In this document: in pieces, positions 61,276 to 64,000 of the stretch
How positions within the stretch are numbered: the stretch's first letter is position 1
How the letters are laid out: each line of letters begins with the position of its first letter
NCBI GenBank assembly: GCA_963677435.1
Contig: OY781945.1
Location: 2,080,001-2,144,000 of the forward strand
Direction of reading: 5' to 3'
Length of the DNA stretch: 64,000 nt
Source of the DNA: an uncultured Aliarcobacter sp.
Lineage (GTDB): Bacteria > Campylobacterota > Campylobacteria > Campylobacterales > Arcobacteraceae
Made by a program: the position numbers and the translations under genes
The notes under the pieces: model-generated
Seen by the model: the letters and a program-made list of their open reading frames with translations, nothing else
What the model was told of the DNA's origin: nothing
Database searches by the model: none

Positions 61276-62274
61276 TTATGCTTTTAGTTGCTCTAATTTT
61301 CTTCTTAATGCAGAAGCAACATTTTCTGGAAGTGTATTTTCAACTGGGTAACCTAGAGATTCTAACTTCTCTGCGATTTCATCATAAGATTTTTTCCCAA
61401 GATTTTTAATATTTTTAACTTCAACTTCACTCATAAGTACTAATTCACCTAAGAATCTTAGTCCAGCTCTATCTAAAGAGTTGAAACTTCTAGCACTTAA
61501 ATTTAAATCATCAATTTTGATAACTAATTCTTTAAGTTCTAATGGCTCTTCACCACTTTCACTTACTGTTACTTCTGATAAATCAAAAACTTTATTGAAA
61601 ACTGACATTTGTGCATACATAACAGATACTGCTTCTTTAAAAGCAGTAATTGGAGAAATTTGTCCATTTGTTTGTATAGTAAATACAGCTTTTTCAAAGT
61701 TAGGATTATCTTCAACTAACATTTTTTCAATATCATAAACCACTTTTTTAACTGGTGTAAAGAAAGCATCAATAGGAATATAATCTGAACCAACGATGTC
61801 TCTAATATCTTCTGAAGGCATATATCCTATACCTCTTTGAATAATTACAGAAAAAGTTAAATTACAATCGCTATTAATTGTTGCTAAGTGAGCGTCTTTA
61901 GATACAATTTCAACATCAGAGTTAATAAGATCTTCACCTTTAATTTCTCTTGGTCCATTGAAAGAATACTCAACTACAACTTGTTCTTTATCACCATTTA
62001 TTTTAAACTTAATATTCTTTAAATTTATAACAAAAATAGCTATATCTTCTAGCATACCTCTTAATGAGTCAAACTCATGTGAAGCGCCTTCTATTTTTAC
62101 TGCAATTGGTGCATAACCAACTGAAGAACTTAATAAAAGTCTTCTTAAAGGGTGTGCCAAAGTAATTGCAAAACCATCTTCAAATGGGTATGCTGATATT
62201 TTAGCTTCATTATCACTGATAGCCTCTATTTCAACTTCAGTTGGTAAAAACGGTGTTTCTGCAAATTTTTTCAT
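61276..62274 (-). CDS. rpoA: RNA polymerase alpha subunit
   Basis: PFEDGFAITLAHPLRRLLLSS, DAFFTPV, LSARSFNSL and NLGKKS. Confidence 0.98.
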   Translation of the reverse strand: MKKFAETPFLPTEVEIEAISDNEAKISAYPFEDGFAITLAHPLRRLLLSSSVGYAPIAVKIEGASHEFDSLRGMLEDIAIFVINLKNIKFKINGDKEQVVVEYSFNGPREIKGEDLINSDVEIVSKDAHLATINSDCNLTFSVIIQRGIGYMPSEDIRDIVGSDYIPIDAFFTPVKKVVYDIEKMLVEDNPNFEKAVFTIQTNGQISPITAFKEAVSVMYAQMSVFNKVFDLSEVTVSESGEEPLELKELVIKIDDLNLSARSFNSLDRAGLRFLGELVLMSEVEVKNIKNLGKKSYDEIAEKLESLGYPVENTLPENVASALRRKLEQLKA

Positions 62275-62291
62275 TAACTACCTTTTACTTA

Positions 62292-62918
62292 TTATTTAGA
62301 ATATAACTCTACGATTAATCTCTCTTCAACAGGGATAACAACTTCTTCTCTAGCTGGGATTCTTGTGAAAATTCCAAATACTTTGTCTTTATCAACATTA
62401 ACCCAATCAACCATTCCAGTTTGATTTGTTAACTCTAATGCTCTTACAACTTGAGGATTAGTTTTTGATTTTTCTTTAATTTCAATTTTTTGTCCAGGTT
62501 TTACTAAAAATGAAGGGATATCAACTTTTTTCCCATCAACTAAAACATGTCCATGAGTTGTGAATTGTCTAGCATTTGCTCTAGTTGTAGCAAATCCCAT
62601 TCTAAATACAACATTGTCTAATCTTTGTTCAATTAATGTAATAAGGTTAGCTCCTGTATTACCTTCTCTTCTAGCTGCTTCGTGGAAGTATTTTCTGAAT
62701 TGTTTTTCAGAAACACCATACATAAATTTAGCTTTTTGCTTTTCTCTTAATTGTAAACCATACTCAGAAATTTTAGCTCTTCTTTGTCCATGTTGTCCTG
62801 GAGCAAATGGTCTTTTTTCTAAAGCACTTTTACCTGATAATCTTCTCTCACCTTTAAGTCCAAGATCCGCATCAAGTCTTCTTTCGATTTTTTCTACTGG
62901 TCCTCTATATCTTGCCAT
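62292..62918 (-). CDS. rpsD: 30S ribosomal protein S4
   Basis: [22 protein letters not shown] and IVELYSK. Confidence 0.98.
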   Translation of the reverse strand: MARYRGPVEKIERRLDADLGLKGERRLSGKSALEKRPFAPGQHGQRRAKISEYGLQLREKQKAKFMYGVSEKQFRKYFHEAARREGNTGANLITLIEQRLDNVVFRMGFATTRANARQFTTHGHVLVDGKKVDIPSFLVKPGQKIEIKEKSKTNPQVVRALELTNQTGMVDWVNVDKDKVFGIFTRIPAREEVVIPVEERLIVELYSK

Positions 62919-62928
62919 TATTTACTCC

Positions 62929-63321
62929 TTACACTCTTCTTCTTTTAGGAGGTCTACAACCATTGTGTGGTAATGGTGTAACATCTTTTAACCAAGTAAC
63001 TCTAACTCCATCCATAGCTCCAACTGCTTTAACAGCTGTATCTCTACCTGAACCTGGTCCTTGAATTTTAATTCCAACATTTTTGATTCCATGTTCCATT
63101 GCTTTTGCCATTGCATCTTCAACAGCTGCTTGAGCAGCAAATGGAGTTGATTTTTTAGAACCTTTGAATCCTAAGTTTCCAGCACTTGACCATGCGATTG
63201 CGTTTCCTGCATTATCCGTAACTGTAACCATTGTATTATTAAAACTTGCAGCAATATGTACGATACCGTCAGCAATATTTTTTCTTACAATTTTTTTTCT
63301 AGTAACTTTTCTTTTTGCCAT
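62929..63321 (-). CDS. rpsK: 30S ribosomal protein S11
   Basis: [14 protein letters not shown] and [18 protein letters not shown]. Confidence 0.98.
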   Translation of the reverse strand: MAKRKVTRKKIVRKNIADGIVHIAASFNNTMVTVTDNAGNAIAWSSAGNLGFKGSKKSTPFAAQAAVEDAMAKAMEHGIKNVGIKIQGPGSGRDTAVKAVGAMDGVRVTWLKDVTPLPHNGCRPPKRRRV

Positions 63322-63331
63322 CTACAATCCC

Positions 63332-63700
63332 TTATTTAGTTGCTGCACCAACAGTTTTCTTTTTACCTTTTCTTGTTCTAGCATTAGTTTTAGTCTTTTG
63401 CCCTCTACAAGGTAAACCTTTTCTATGTCTTAACCCTCTATATGAACCTAAGTCCATTAAAGCTTTAATATCCATAGCAACTTTTTTTCTTAAATCACCC
63501 TCAACTAAGTAGTTGTCTTGGATTTCTTTTCTGATAATTGCCGCTTCGTCTTCTGTTAATTCGAAAGCTCTTTTATTGTAATCAATTCCAACAGCATCTA
63601 AAATTAATCTAGAGTTATGTAATCCGATTCCGAAGATATACGTTAACGCATATTCCATTCTCTTTTTATTTGGTAAATCAACACCTGCGATTCTTGCCAT
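63332..63700 (-). CDS. rpsM: 30S ribosomal protein S13
   Basis: [10 protein letters not shown] and [26 protein letters not shown]. Confidence 0.98.
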   Translation of the reverse strand: MARIAGVDLPNKKRMEYALTYIFGIGLHNSRLILDAVGIDYNKRAFELTEDEAAIIRKEIQDNYLVEGDLRKKVAMDIKALMDLGSYRGLRHRKGLPCRGQKTKTNARTRKGKKKTVGAATK

Positions 63701-63705
63701 GTGCC

Positions 63706-63819
63706 TTATCCTTGTCTCTGTTTATGTTTTTTGTTTTCGCAGATTACTCTTACGACACCTCTTCTTTTGATAACCTTACATTTATCACACATTTTCTTTA
63801 CTGAAGCTCTTACTTTCAT
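63706..63819 (-). CDS. rpmJ: 50S ribosomal protein L36, zinc-binding type (not in ORF track)
   Basis: [37 protein letters not shown] with a GAGGAG RBS. Confidence 0.97.
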   Translation of the reverse strand: MKVRASVKKMCDKCKVIKRRGVVRVICENKKHKQRQG

Positions 63820-63978
63820 AAGTCTGTCTCCTCTTTTTTTGTGTTGTTTCCACTTTCAACAGGAAAAAGCCTTAAAAAATAAATATATTTTATTTTTCAG
63901 CTTTTACCAACCCTTTATAAAATAGAAAATATTTTATAAAAACTTCCTCGATGGTTGAAAAAATGGAGTTGGATTATA
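63820..63978 (-). promoter_or_regulatory. Promoter and structured 5' leader of the rpmJ-rplQ operon
   Basis: TATAAT on the minus strand at 63978-63973. Long-range stem between 63849-63865 and 63944-63967 encloses two hairpins. Confidence 0.6.
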
Positions 63979-64000
63979 ATTAATTTTTACTTAAAGCTAG

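Overview
AT-rich chromosomal window from a Campylobacterota bacterium, most likely Arcobacteraceae (inferred from gene repertoire and order). Core loci: DUF748 protein (5' truncated), mutS2, the cbb3 oxidase operon ccoNOQP extended by DUF4006, an unannotated 30-aa membrane peptide and a siroheme nitrite/sulfite reductase, the aroB-mscS-mtaB-ftsH-like-bioV-mog cluster, gatA-guaB, and the rpmJ-rpsM-rpsK-rpsD-rpoA-rplQ operon. Accessory loci: a light/UV-stress-like cluster (ybgA/tudS, photolyase, FAD desaturase, HD-GYP, LytS/LytTR, SRPBCC, hemH), several two-component genes and a decaying islet after guaB. I saw no rRNA, tRNA, CRISPR array, transposase or integrase. The strongest unexplained signals are: (1) a 102-aa HTH protein followed by four copies of AAAATGATA(T/C)(G/A)A spaced 86-89 bp apart, with a degenerate fifth copy in its own promoter; (2) a 23-bp direct-repeat motif shared upstream of ccoN, the MCP/PAS pair and hisC; (3) a structured rpmJ leader; (4) two palindromic intergenic elements; (5) a GIY-YIG pseudogene missed by the ORF track. 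All family calls come from motif recognition by eye, with no database searches.
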